A stretch of 64,000 nucleotides of DNA, from assembly GCA_951406725.2 (NCBI GenBank), contig OX597832.1, positions 5,518,001 through 5,582,000 of the forward strand. The letters are read 5' to 3'. Below, one piece after another: positions 50,475 to 64,000 of this stretch. Position 1 is the first letter of the stretch; the number at the start of each line of letters is the position of its first letter. Below the pieces are notes generated by a model. The model saw only the letters and a list, made by a program, of their open reading frames with translations. It did not search any database and had not been told where the DNA came from. The DNA is from Octopus vulgaris. Taxonomy: Eukaryota. Both the position numbers and the translations under genes were made by a program.

Positions 50475-51861
50475 CTGAAATAATAAAGCATGACAACAGA
50501 TTTTTAAATACAAATCAAAAGAATGATATCAGTATCTCAAAATGGCAACTACAAGGATAACCTAGTGATTTGTTATAATTGTTTGGAGATTGGATGGAAA
50601 AGTTGAAGCTTCTTTACATTCAAATATTGGTTTCAAATTTTGGCACAAGGCCAGCAAGTTCAGGGGAGGGTGTAAGTCAATTACATCTACCTCTGAGCTT
50701 GACTGGTACTTATTTTATAGACTCCAAAAGGACAAAAGGCAAAATCAACCTTTGTGGAATTTGAACTCAGAACATAATGATGGACCAAATGTCAATAAGC
50801 ATTTTGCTCGGCCGGCTAATGATTCTGCCAGCTTGTCACCTTTCTTTACATTCAAATGTTTCTGGTTTAGAATAACTGAACACTTTTGTAGTTTTCCGTT
50901 CCAGAGTACCAAAATTGATGAAGAATCAATTATATACAAATCAATAATATACAGAGTGGAGTGATAATAAAAATAAGGAGAAGGATTAGATGGTATTCTA
51001 ATCTATCTGGAAATATAGCAGGAGATACCAGAGTGTTTTCAAATGGCAGACTTTTGGATGCTGACCAACTTTTCGAAGTGTTTGATAAAGCTATGAAGTA
51101 CAAGGTTGCAGTGAATGAGTGTTAACTGTGTGTGTGTGAGAGTATAAAGGATAAAGACCCACCCTCTTTGGTTACGAATGATCATGGGGATTTAACCTAG
51201 AAAGTTACCCTCCAAGGCACAAATCTGGGCAAGATTGTTTCTGGAAGACTAGCAGTCACCCATACATACCAGCCTCCACTCTCCATGCCACAGATGCTAC
51301 CCAAAAGAAAGGCAAAGGCCAATACAGTTTGGCACCAGTGGTACTGTAACTTATTTCTATGGCTGAGTGAACTGAAGCAGTGTGAAATAGAGTGTCTTGC
51401 TCAAGAACACAACACAGCCCATGGCGTATGTATATGTGTCACTACATGTGTGCTTACACAAACATGCGTATACTTGTCTAAATGATGACATGCATTATAA
51501 CAGAACCAAACAAATTTTGAGTTTGTTGAGCAAGATACCTTTCGAAAAATCACCTGACTAGTTGTAGAGTATCTCACCTGCAAGGGACCAATGCAAGATG
51601 GGTCAAGAGGATTGCTTTGATTAATAAAGAATCTCATGAATTCTATTTTCTCATTTGTCATAAGTATGCAAGCACACACACACACTGTCATATTTGAAAT
51701 TATTTATCTCTACTAAAGTCATTGCAAGATAAAGGATTGTGATGGGTGCCAAGACATTGTGATCTGCTCAATCCATGCTAACATGGGGAAAATGTGAGCA
51801 TGACATGGCCTATACAAATATCACTGGTTATCTGACTACAGGGGAAGTAACTCTGAATAAT

Positions 51862-53876
51862 ATAATAATGAAATTATTGTGTATAGTTCTCAGGTGCACT
51901 TCAACTCATCAAAGGTCCATGTACAATACATAGAATTATGTACAAAAGTCAGAAAAGTAAACAGCGCATGAGTCATGATATACAAGTGTGCATGTGTATG
52001 GAGGGGGATATATCAGGTGTAGTGAAGGCGAATTTTAGGAAGCATGGAGGTTTTAAAGAATGCAATGTCTCAGCAACTAACAACTGATGCATGTAACTTC
52101 TTCCATGCTTCAGCAATTCTGAGTGTGAAAATATGTTTCCAAAAATCATGGAAGCTGTGCTGTTTTCTTACTTTGTAGGCATGCCCACGTATGTTAGATA
52201 CATGGAGCTCAAAAAGGTGCTCAAGATGGATGTTGGCATAATGGTTAATAATTTTGTAGGTATTTACCAAGTCAGTTGCCAGAGCTTCAATGTATCTATG
52301 CCCAGGGAAGCAAAGCATTCAGAGAATGGTAAATGCCTGATGGAGGATATTCGCTTGGTTGCACGTCTCTGCACAGTTTTCAGGAGGTCAATGTCCTGAG
52401 CAAGATAGGGGTTCCAGACTGGTGATGCAAATTCTAAGTGTGGCCACACCATAGCCATATACAGCCTTAAATAGATAGCTGGAGAGAGGCTGACAATAGT
52501 CTTGCTGAGGTGTCAAGACACCCTCAGCCTTCTTAACAATTTTGGAAATGTGCTTTATCCAGCGCAAATTGCTGCTGATAGTAATGCCCAGGTCACGCTC
52601 ACAAGAAGACTTCTTGATATTAGTGTTGTGGAGAGAGTATGTGGAAGCTAGGTTTTTCCTCCCAAAATGCATGGTGGTACACTTGTCCAGAGCCAACTTG
52701 AGTTGCCAGTCCATGATCCATTGCTGCACTGTGTCCAGGTCTGATTGTAGAAAAGATCTATAGTGTTTAGGATCTGTACTTTTTATCTCAAGGTACATCT
52801 TGCTATCATCTGCATATTTCTGCACTGTAGCATTCTTTAAGCTGGCATCTATGTCATTAATGTATGAAACAAACAAAAGAGGACCAAAAACAGATCCCTG
52901 CAGTACACCAGATGACATATCTCATAGGGTGAAGAATGCTATCCTAAAACCAGGACTAGCTCTTTTTAGTTGAGAATGAAGGAACTGAAAGAAGAGTGAA
53001 AGTTGGTGCAGAAGAAAATACCCACCTTGTTTCAGAAGCAAGTATGTAATACCATCAAGACCAGGAGAGGCATAATTGCGTTTATTCTTAAAGTGATGCC
53101 TCAGCATTGCAAGTATAAATTCCATAGTTGTTATAGAATTTGGCGCCAGAGGTGGTAGAGATGGTATGTTTCGGTTTACAACAGTAAAAATGCCTGCATA
53201 ATCATTCAGCAATGAGTTCTGTGCATTTTTTGGGATCGTCAGTAATCTGGCTTGTGTGGGGATTGTGAAGAGGGCCAACTGGAGAGTGAGGTCTCTGCTT
53301 TGAATGTACATCTTTCCAGAACACCTTACTGTCAGGGTTTGTTGCTATGCACTGCTCAAATTCAAGTGCTGCCCTTTTTGTCACCTGCTTGAGGTGGTTG
53401 GATGATTCATTGCGCTTTTTCCTATTTATATCTGATTTATGCAATTTGTATTCTCATTCAGCATTATGGCACTCTTTCGTGGCAAGTCTGACTGCTGCAG
53501 TCTCCCAAATTGCACTCTTGGGATGTTTTTTGTGCTTACATGGTACTGATGCTGCACATACTGACCATATTGTGTTCAGGATGTTCTGAAGAATAGTGTT
53601 CACATCTCCTGAGTTGTAAAATTCCAGCCAGTTTGGGCATTGTAGCTCAGTGCAGTAAGAACTCCAGTCTGCTTTATTCCAGTAAAAACGAGCAGTTTGG
53701 AGATGGCTGTAGTTTTTGTTACTGCCCATAATGGACAGATTGGCAATGATCATAGCATGATAAGAGTCACCTAAAGATTACCTAAAGATTCCTCAGTAAT
53801 AACACTAATGACCATTTCAGGAGTAGTAGTAAAGAGTAGATCCAAAGTTTTGTCACCTCTTGTTGGGGAGTTGACT
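51862..53876 (-). mobile_element. CR1-clade LINE, degenerate, with an internal deletion in the RT
   Basis: PTRGDKTLDLLFT (end of the APE endonuclease), SPGLDGI, SGVLQGSVFGPLLF..YINDI, YADD, ERDLG, PHLEFASPVWNPY..VQRRATK, RGH; (ATT)-type tail. Confidence 0.92.
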
Positions 53877-54567
53877 GATACAAAGTACAGGAGACTCTTA
53901 CATAGTCTTACTAACACCAGTGTGAAAATAATATGCACTTGCTAAACATTGTAAAGAAGTTAGTGACATGAAGCGTATCCACCATAAAAACCATGCCAAA
54001 AACAAAGTATGAGTAAGATGTGAAGTCCATAAGCAACATCACAAGCTACACATGTAGGAGGGTGAGTAACTGAATAAAAATTGATGAAGAGTAATGACAT
54101 GATAAAATTGCTGCTGATGGTGATGGTAGTATGTACAAGAGCATTGTTGGTTATAGGTCTCTAATGAGCCAATCTCTAATTAATTCATAGCATCTCAGGT
54201 ACCAAAATGATAAGGGATAACTTAGTGTGGAACAAATATTATATAGAGTAGTTTTATTTGAAAGCAATATTTTGGGTTTCTTGCCAAGATACATCCATAA
54301 TGCTCAAGTATGTGACAGGCTTTGGTGCAGTCTGCCCACCAAATTCTATAAGGTATATGCCAGACAAATTGTCCTATTAGAAAATGAACTTGCACATCTT
54401 TTAATGAGGATATATACTGCCACTCTTCTGATGAAACATTATTTGCATAATGTTGGACAGAAAGGTCAATAGTATAGATTAAATAATAATGCAAATTGTC
54501 AAGAAGTATGTTACTTTGCAAAAAGAGGTAAGTAAAAATAAAAATGACACACTAATAAATGACTTAC

Positions 54568-54626
54568 TTGAAGAAGTCTGGGGATATATCTAAATCTTCC
54601 TCCACTATGATGGCAAATTCAGCATC
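54568..54626 (-). CDS. POMGNT1: POMGNT1 exon (59 nt) carrying the EED metal-binding motif
   Basis: cag|DAEFAIIVEEDLDISPDFF-AA|gtaag. Confidence 0.97.
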
Positions 54627-56131
54627 CTGTAAAAATAATGAAATAGAAGACAGTAGAGGAGAGTGGGTGAGATGGAATGAAAGAATACTGGAAAATGATG
54701 AGAAAATAAAGAAGAGGATTGAGGGAGAAGAATGGAGCAGAAGAGGATGGTGGAAGAACAACAAAGATATGTAAGGGAAGAACAATAGGGAGGAGGTATA
54801 AGATGGGAGAACGATGAAGATAAGATATGTAATAGCAAACTAATGAAGGAGAAGTATGGAATGGCAAAAAAAAATAAAAAAAGATATACAGTGAGCGAAC
54901 AAGGGAGATAATTTATGTAATGGTGAAACTGAAAAAGAAGTGTGTGAATGCAGATATGAGGGGAAAATAGTGTGAGAGTATTGATGAGTTTGTAAATTAT
55001 GACAGGAATATCAAGAAAAATGTATAAATGGAGAATAAGATAATATAACTGTCAGATTATAATAACCTCCCTCTGCCTCTAAGTTTTCAATCTGCTACAG
55101 ACAAACATTCAACAAACCTCCCATGATTTACTATACTTTAGGGCTTAAGGATAGAGTAAACCTGATATAAATTGGTTGCAGAGTCTCTGTTACAGGCAGA
55201 ACTATAACAAAGGGTTCTACCCTTTGAACTCTTTTTTTTTTTTTGTCCTTAAGTTATAAAATTTATTCCACTATTTCGATGATCTGCCAATAGAACATAA
55301 TTTGTTTCCTCAGATTCGAATATTTTATACTTTAAACTAGGGCTGAGAGTAAAATATGTGAAGACTAAAGCAGATGTATAAGAAACGATACTAATGGAAC
55401 AAGAAGCTATGCTAGCAAGTGAAAACGTTTTGCCTGAAGCAAGCCTACAAAGATATTTACCATTTGTTGTATATACGGTGATATATATCAAATGAAAATA
55501 ATTAACTGACAATGTTTTGCAATCACCAAACAATCTGAGCAACTGCACTGCATGGTTGTGAGACAACATTAACAGAGGCAAAAAGGGATAAGGAAAGTTC
55601 ACTTCTATAGAAAGATTGACAGAAACTGCCAGAAAACTGAACCAAAGGTTGTATCTAGATATTTTTTATGAATGACACCCACCATAGAATAAATGAAAAA
55701 GATGATGGTGGCAGTGGTTGCACAAAACTGGAGATGATGAGGTTGGTGCTGGGTATATTACAGGAGATAACAATGCTATTATGTACTCAATCAACACCAC
55801 TGGCCCTGATGATGACCAAAGGAAAGGTAACACTGATACAACTTGGCACCAGACCCATTGCAAGCATTGCAATCAGAACATCAAAAGCAGAAAGAGACAC
55901 CCCAAGGCATTCCACTGAAGTTCTAATAGTCCTGCCGAGCCACTGCCTTTGATTGGTAGTTCTTTCTATCAACTCTAAAAAGATGAAAATTACTGCTGAC
56001 CACCATAGAATTTGAACTCAGAGCTCAGAAAGTCAAAACAAACACCCACAAGGTAGTATATCATACACTCTAACAACTCTGTTTCCTCCCTGATTCAAGG
56101 AAAGACTACTAGCAAATATTTAAATTATTAC

Positions 56132-56257
56132 CTTGTAACGATTGAAAGTTGCAGTCAAACTGGCTTTATAGTGTTGTGATATCCTGGCATTTTTAACTCC
56201 AAGTGGTGTATGTTGTACTCCAATCAAACCAAATAATTTAGTTACTTCAAGAGGTTC
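56132..56257 (-). CDS. POMGNT1: POMGNT1 exon (126 nt)
   Basis: cag|[42 protein letters not shown]|gtaat. Confidence 0.98.
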
Positions 56258-56331
56258 CTGAAATAAGAAACATTTTCTTATGAAATGAATAAGAAGACAT
56301 ATAAAAACTCTCACTAACGAACAGCAAGCAT

Positions 56332-56551
56332 TTAACCCCTTAATTACCATATTTCTGTTGAAATACACTGTCTTTGTTCCAATTAATTTTGAAAATAATG
56401 AGCTAAGTAAAATAACGTTGACACTGGTAAGCTGGTGTTTGGAGCATAAAGTAACATGAAATTTTGATGGAACGTTTTAATTCAGATCACAAGAAGTTCT
56501 ATATCAGAGAACCAGGAACAATCTCAGATGGATTGGTATCAAATGGGTTAA
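56332..56551. mobile_element. TTAA-flanked piggyBac-like MITE
   Basis: TTAA-CCC...GGG-TTAA ends; related partial copy at ~44905-45105. Confidence 0.7.
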
Positions 56552-57857
56552 ACAGTTCTCAGAAAGGTAAGCAAGTTAATGTAATGCTGCTTTCAGCATT
56601 AATAAACAAAAGATTTTGAAGATTAAATTTGGGTCACAAGATTTCTGCTTCATTGATTTTCATCTGAGGCTGAATAATTGGATTTTTACCTCAAGCCAGT
56701 TTTGAATATAAAGTTCACCCTAGTTTCATTTAAACTTACAATCCTGATATCATCAATGAGTATAAAAAACATTATATATCAATATGGTGTTACTTATTTC
56801 TCCAATCCAAAGGAGGTTACCTATTAACATCAACAGCCTTGATCTACCTTCTACAGGATGCAGACTATTCTCTTAAGTTTTTCTTGTCTCATGATTCCTG
56901 GATATTTTGATACCATCTTCTACTGGGCAACTGTAGAGACTCTCCTTAGCATTTTTAAAATTTAATTTATTTATTTTTTGCTATGAGATATTTATCTTTT
57001 GGCCTTTTACCATTTAAACTGGCTATATCTGGCCAAAATATTCAACCTGCTTGATGTTCAAACTGGCCTCCCACACCAATCCTACAGTATTATTCTAAAA
57101 ATTTACCTCATCAAAATCTCAAAGCTACAAGATAATGCAAGATTAATTCAAAACAATATGACTAAATAAGCATTACTTTTGACAGAATAATCTGAATACT
57201 AAAGGGTTAAAGAATGTCATCTTTTATCTCTCTGTTATTCTTGGCAAAAAAAAGCACCAGCAATAAACAATATCAACTCAACTGACTTTACTTATTCCAT
57301 ACAAAGTAAATAACTTATTCCATAAAAAAAGGAATAATTTCACTTCAATTTTATCACATACTTAATTTTTCTTAATATCTTTCATGCTTGTTTTTCACTA
57401 CAATATTTTACAGTCAGACTAAAACATGCTTAGATTTATTAAATTTAATTTGAAAGTGGTGTTGTGAAATCAGTTTCCAAGAGTTTTTGGCTACACTCAG
57501 ATGCCAACTACATTAAATTGCAGATAGGCTCTGCTTAAAATATTGTTTAATCTTATGTACACTGGCAGGTGACATGTGAGTTATAAGAACTAACCAATAA
57601 CTTAGTTTCAAGTATCTACAGTGTAACTGTTGTAGTGTCCAGGTCAGAGTGATGTGCCAAAAGTTTTGTGATCGCAAGAAATAAACAAAAAGTGAATATA
57701 ATAATTTTTGTTTTTTTTTTTTATTGTAGGTTTTCCACTTACAATTAAATCTCACAATCGAACCATTATATTACACTTTGTCACATAGAATTGATCAATA
57801 AATCAACAGTAATTAAAATGGAAAATTAAGAAAAGACAAAATAATCATATTCTATAC

Positions 57858-57933
57858 CTCATAGTAACCATCAATAAATACTGTTATCATGTCAGGATTA
57901 GCTCCAGGAGTTGACAAGATTGACTGCAACATT
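57858..57933 (-). CDS. POMGNT1: POMGNT1 exon (76 nt)
   Basis: cag|[26 protein letters not shown]|gtata. Confidence 0.97.
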
Positions 57934-60576
57934 CTGCAATAAAGAGGGATATTTCAGATATAATAATATTTAAAAAGAGAAATGACATTTTATATGAAAT
58001 GAAATAATCTCAGGTAATGAAATGTGGTAGAGAGAACAACATATGAAACCAAATACTTTGCTGAATTAGTTTACTCTTTCTTGCTTATGAATTCAAATCC
58101 TACCATAAACCAGTTGTTTTTATAGTGAATATAAGCAATATGTCAGCATTTGTTCAAATCAATTTTTTTTTCCAATATTTTCCATGACTCTCTGTCATCA
58201 TCCAATTCCATTACGAAATTAAATTGGGAGCTTGAGTCACAGCAGACCTTTCATTTGCAACAAAATAAACTGATTGCTGTTTTTGATTTTTCAAGCTAGC
58301 CATGCTAACATTCTCAGTGAGGTATGCAGACATAATCAAATAACAATCTTTAGGTATTCTAAAAATATAAGCCCGAGGTCAATGTCTACCCAAATAGAGC
58401 TATGATCAAAAGGCATTCCATCCATGAGCATTGATCTGGGTCCCCCCACCCTGCCAGTATATAGAGAATCATATTATTCTTTTAAACACAGCAAAGTGAA
58501 ATTTGAAGGAGACTTGGTCACTATTTATCATAAACCAAGCGACTAAGTAGAGGCTTGCTGATTAATCCTCTGCATATTATATCAATGCATAATCACTTTG
58601 AGTTAGGACTGCATGTGAGAACCTTTCAAGTGGACATTAATCACATTTAAATATCTGTCTTCTGTGTGTATTGTTGAATATTGTTTTGTGGGTTCCCAAC
58701 ATCTGCAACATTAACCAGCTGACAGATGTAATATTTAAAACCCAATTTCAAAAGCTATTGAGTCCACAACAGTTACAAATGGCATGTATAACAGTTTTAT
58801 CTATTCAAAACAGATAATCTCTATTGCACAAAAGTACTCCATCTGGAATTCTACATTGAGGCACAGGCACGGCTGTGTGGTTAAGAAGCCCGCTTTGCAA
58901 CTTTATAGTTTCATGTTTGAGCCCACTGTGCAGCACCTTGGACAAGTGTCTTCTACTATAACCCAGGCCACCCAATACCTTGTCAATGAATTTGGTAGAT
59001 GGAAACTGTGAAAGCCTGCCAGACATATGCATGCATGCACACGCATGTATGTGCGCTTGTGTTTTGTCTTCCTCACCCCACCACTTGACAAACAGTATTG
59101 GTTTGTTTACATCTCAGTAACATGAGACTAACAGAATAAGTACTAGACTAAGAAACAATATAATTACTTGGGTGAATTTGCTTGATAAAAACCAGCATGG
59201 CAGTATTCCAATGACTGATACAAGTAAAAAATATATAAAGATGTGTTTAAAGACATTATTTCCAATTTGTGTGCAAACAGCACAACTAAGTCTTTACATA
59301 ATTGTCTAAACCACTAGAAATAGCAACCAAATCTGCCTCAAATCACATCTTCCTGTCTTAAAGGATGGTAGGAAACATTGAAGAATGTGGCCTTGGACAC
59401 ACTAAGTCCTTGTAAAAAATGGAATATTCATTATTGGAATGCAGTTTGTCATAGATTTACTCATCAGAATTGACATGGAGCTAAACAACAACAGGACTGC
59501 AAATAACAATACTGTATAATCTTTTATCTTTTACTTGTTTCAGTCATTAGACAGCAACCATGCTTGGGCACTGCCTTGAAGAGTTTTAGTTGAATTTATC
59601 AACTCCAGTACATTTTCATAAAGCCTGGTACTTATTGTATTATTCTCTTTTGCTGAACCACTACATTACGAGGATGTAAGTGCACCAACACCAGCTGTCA
59701 AGCAGTGGGGGAGGACAAATACACACATGCACATACGATGGGCTTCCTTCAGTTTCCGTCTACCAAACTCACTCACAAGGCTTTGTGGTCAGCCCAAGGC
59801 TATAGTAGAAGACAGTTGCCCAAAGTGTTACACAGTGGGGCTGAACCAGGAACTATGTAGTTGGGAAGCAAACTTCTTACCACACTCCTGTGCCTCTATG
59901 ACCATTAATTATATTTTAATTGTAAGGTCAATTGGTAACTCCTTCAATTTTCACAGCTTTAACTTGGCATTTTCCTATACATTTAATGTGTTAAAGATTG
60001 CCTTTCAATTATCATTAGATTAGATATGAAATGCTAACAAAGTTATACTTAACCAGCACCTTTTTACAATAATTAGTATATCTTGTTTAGATGGCAAGGT
60101 ACAGGCAAACGTACAACAATGAATTGGAATTATCAGAAAAATCTAAAAGCAATTCAGGCAATCATCATCATTGTGTAATGTCCGTTTTCTGTGCTAGCAC
60201 GGGTTGGAAGAACTGAAAGGCAAATACTTGTAAAGCCCATGTAGGTAAAGCTGCATGGGTAACAGGTTTGATTGTAAGTTAACGGTTCCAGGCTCAATCC
60301 CATTGTGTGATACATTGGACAGACCAAAGCCTTATGTGAGGAATTTGGCCGTTTTGGAAACCTGCCATATATATATCATTATCATTTAACATCCGCTTTC
60401 CATGCTGACATGGGTTGGATGGTTCGACTGAGGACTGGCAAGCCAGGAGGCTGGCTGCACCAAGCTCCAATCTGATTTGGCAAGGTTTCTAACTGGATGC
60501 CCTTCCTAATGCCAACCACTCTGAGAGTGTAGTGAGTGCTTTTTACATGCCTCCAGCATGGGAACTAGTCATGTTG

Positions 60577-60621
<45 letters not shown>

Positions 60622-60786
60622 ACAGCTTTCTAAAATAAACATACACTTCATTTTAACGGCTTCAAGGAAGCTAGAGGATGTTGCACAAGCACATAGCTCT
60701 GAGTGTATAGAGATTACGTAACTCCTGTTCTTTCGACATTTATTAATTGGTATTACATGCAAATAGTCTAACATTTTACTCTAAAG

Positions 60787-60999
60787 CAGTGGGTCCCTTT
60801 GATTTGTATTTTCCTGCACTGTATTCTCCATAGACATTCAATGTTTTAAAAAATCCCATTATATTTTTATAACTAAATATTATCTGAAATTATATAAAAG
60901 TTTGCTAAAATATTTTATGCATTGTAGAAGTATAACTGATTTTATTGCGCATAAATTTTAACAACAAAACCATAAATGGACCCTTGTTGAGAAGCACTG
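60787..60999. mobile_element. hAT (Charlie-like) MITE with 8-bp TSD
   Basis: CAGTG...CACTG ends flanked by ctctaaag / gtctaaag. Confidence 0.7.
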
Positions 61000-61326
61000 G
61001 TCTAAAGCATAATTATATTGAAATTAAAACAACTGGTTATTAGTAACACCATGCCTAAGTAGAATCCTTATATGTGTGTATGTGTTTATACCAGTTAAAC
61101 CGAAGTTGTGTTTATGCAGAGTCCCTTTATATCTTATAATTTAATGGTTCAATAAACAAAAAGGGATAAAATAAATACTAGACTGAGATAAATATTGGGA
61201 TCAATATGACCAGCTCTCAAAGGCTGTGTATTCCAACATGGCTGCTATCCAATGAATGAAAATAAGAGATGAATAGAATATTTTCAAAGAAAACTTTTGA
61301 AACGTAGATTTAAAAAAAAACATATA

Positions 61327-61489
61327 GGTGCAGCAGTGGCTGTGTGGTAAGTAGCTTGCTTACCAACCACATGGTTCCGGGTTCAGTCCCACTGCATGGC
61401 ACCTTGGGCAAGTGTCTTCTACTATAGCCTCGGGCCGACCAAAGCCTTGTGAATGGAATTGGTAGACGGAAACTGAAAGATGCCTGTCA

Positions 61490-61550
<61 letters not shown>

Positions 61551-61772
61551 ATGTGTGTGTGTGTGTGTGAGTGTGTTTGTGTCTGTCCCCAACAATATCA
61601 CTTGACAACCAATGCTGGTGTGTTTATGTCCCCGTAACTTAGCGGTTTGGCAATAGACACCGATGGAATAAATACTAGGCTTACAAAGAATAAGTCCTGG
61701 GGTCGATTTCCTCGACTAAAGGCGGTGCTCCAGCATGGCCACAGTCAAATGACTGAAACAAGTAAAAGAGTA
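61327..61772 (+). mobile_element. SINE family A full-length copy with an internal microsatellite
   Basis: A-box tggctgtgtgg, B-box ggttcagtccc, caccttgggcaagt, tail gactgaaacaagtaaaagagta; further copies at ~16230, 21247, 30560(-), 42085(-), 58860, 59520(-). Confidence 0.92.
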
Positions 61773-62007
61773 TATTAGCAACAGATCTCTAGTAAAGGGA
61801 GTGAACTCAAATCCAACACTTGTTTCATAAAGCTAGTCAACTTAACTATTCATGTATAAATAGTTAAGTGAAACGTCATGTTTTCCCTAAAGATAGTTGT
61901 GTAAAAAGTGTCTACCTCTGCCATAAAGGTAATCGACAAAGGTTCTAAAATTCATAAGTAAATGAATATAAGCCAGTTGTTATATTTGCCAAAAGATTTC
62001 AACAAAC

Positions 62008-62078
62008 CTGTACAAATAGTGCGGCCGGTCACTTGCTATCACAGCTACAGGCACCTGTGAGATTTTCTGTTGTGGGAG
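62008..62078 (-). CDS. POMGNT1: POMGNT1 exon (71 nt), most 5' exon found in this window
   Basis: cag|LPQQKISQVPVAVIASDRPHYLY-AG|gtttg; matches the vertebrate VPVAVIAGNRPNYLYR. Confidence 0.96.
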
Positions 62079-63369
62079 CTGTGGAAGAAAATAATTTTAA
62101 TTGCCAATAACTTAAATACAGCTCAAATATAAATGAATAACATATATGTCATAAAAAAAAAAAAACTATTGATGAATATATGTAGATATGTATGTACATA
62201 ATAATCTAAATATGCAAATAATTATTCCTGAGGTGATCACAATTCCACCTCAGGAATTTCTTGACAAGAGAAGAACCCACAGTTTAGCTTTGATTAGAAC
62301 TATTTCCTTTCTGTCACAAACTCTCTTGACAATAATCTCTCAGTTTCATTTCTCCTATTTTTTTTTTTTTTAGATGTTACTAGCATTATGACCCATCGTT
62401 GCCGGGTCATAGTGCTAGAGCATGTATATATGTGTATATATATATGTGTACATATTACATGTACATCTATATATATATACATCTACACATAAAATACAAA
62501 GTTATATCTTGATATCGCTAGAGATAACAATACTCAAAATATATAACAGACTGGAATTGTAAGCCCGTCTCTTGTAATTTCGATCAATTGTATCTTGTCC
62601 TCCCTCTTGTACAGAAGTGTGGCTACAATCCAGCCTACCTCAACTTCAGGGGGGGGATCATTTTTAATTTTTATCCGGCATGTCCTACGTCCCAGATATA
62701 AAGGTAAAAATAAAATATTTCCACTTTGCAAGTTCGAGTCGAGTACTCCCTTGCACGCTCTGTTGACTCGAACCTTGCTTCTATTGTGGCGAATTTACCG
62801 CCTCTGGTTAGATATCTTTCATAGTCGCACCAAGACATTTTTCGAAGGTGCTTTCCTCCAGGTGTTCAAATCTTCTTTTTTCTCTACATTGTATACTTTA
62901 TAGACAATAGTCTTTTCTTTAATTTAATTTTTTATTATCCATCTGGACTATTCCATTTCATCATCATCATCATCATCGTTTAACGTCCGCTTTCCATGCT
63001 AGCATGGGTTGGACAGTTCAACTGGGGTCTGGGAAGCCCGAAGGCTGCACCAGGCCAGTCAGATCTGGCAGTGTTTCTACAGCTGGATGCCCTTCCTAAC
63101 GCCAACCACTCCGTGAGTGTAGTGGGTGCTTTTTATGTGCCACCGACACATATATGCATGTATATATACATGTAGAGATAGGTACGTACATATAAGTGTG
63201 TATATATGCATATGTTTTATTTATTAATTTATATATACATATATCCCATCAGATATGGGAGAATGCTCCATTGTAGTGTTTGGAACATTTACCATTTGTC
63301 AGTATCTGCTCAGGTCATCCTGAACAATCCTCTGAGTAGAGTCTTAGTTGATCCCCATCTCCACAAGAT

Positions 63370-63525
63370 ACCGCCTCATCTGCTGTGACCACGAGGCGTT
63401 TGGTCAACCAACATAAGCCATCGCCCCAGCTGGATTCTCAGAGAAGAGAGCAGAATACGCAGGTTCCAACTTGGAAAATTGAGCAACATGACCAAACAAT
63501 GTGAACTGAAGCTCCTGAATTTGTG
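63370..63525 (-). mobile_element. RTE-clade LINE C-terminal remnant
   Basis: Minus-strand IQELQFTLFGHVAQF..EPAY resembles the RQLRxFGHVAR motif. Confidence 0.55.
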
Positions 63526-63594
63526 GGGTTGTATGGTTAGGGTTTTTTTGTAGTGTCTTGTTGTGAGCTGTGAATGTGTTTGTGTTTGTGAGGT

Positions 63595-63952
63595 AATTGT
63601 AGAGTTGTGTAGTGGGTCTGTAAATCCGTATTGTGGGTCTGTAAACCTGTGTTGTGGGGCTGCAGAGTTGCATTGTGGGACTGTAGAGCTGTGTTACGGG
63701 TTACTAGAGATGTGTTGTGGAGGTGTAGAACCGTGTGTGGGACTGTGAAGATGTGTCGTGGGACTGTGGAGATGTGTCGTGGGACAGCGGAAATGTGTCG
63801 CGGGACAGTGGAGATGTGTTTTGGGACTGTGGAGATGTGTTGTGGGACTGTGGAGATGTGTTGCGGGACTGTGGAGATGTGTTGTGGGACCGTGATCTAT
63901 GTTATGGGGCTGCAGAGCTGTGTTGTGAGACTGTAGAGTTGTGTAGTGGGGC
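63595..63952. repeat. 21-bp minisatellite (gggactgtggagatgtgttgt), degenerate at the edges
   Basis: Tandem units without unique spacers. Confidence 0.9.
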
Positions 63953-64000
63953 TGTTATATCAAGATTTTCATAACTCACTTTTCATGTAGGGTTTCGCTG

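Noticed and set aside
62534-62930. CpG-richer minus-strand segment with short ORFs, possibly a retroelement ORF1 remnant or POMGNT1 exon
   Set aside because: No POMGNT1 similarity and no diagnostic motif I can name
63595-63952. CRISPR-like periodicity
   Set aside because: Tandem 21-mers with no unique spacers or cas genes, in a eukaryotic intron

Overview
Eukaryotic, AT-rich, repeat-dense genomic DNA. The SINE families and microsatellite content point to an octopus or other coleoid cephalopod (inferred from pattern recognition, not a database search). Recognisable content: (1) the 3' two-thirds of a POMGNT1 gene on the minus strand, as 12 phase-consistent GT-AG exons from 62078 to the TGA at 27619; its 5' end lies beyond the window; (2) a divergent single-ORF profilin-like gene at 6383-6757, lying between two ~480-bp direct repeats; (3) an intronless, 5'-truncated FGFR kinase retrocopy with two TGA stops (23483-24143), lying between 198-bp perfect inverted repeats and antisense to the probable POMGNT1 3' UTR; (4) a mariner nested in another mariner, CR1/RTE LINE remnants, a Penelope-like GIY-YIG remnant with inverted terminal arms, hAT- and piggyBac-like MITEs, several tRNA-derived SINE families, palindromes and microsatellites. 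A CpG-retention boundary near 12 kb hints at an unannotated transcription unit. Most entries in the ORF track are artefacts of repeats. I could not establish a clearly new biological system; the best leads are listed as testable hypotheses.
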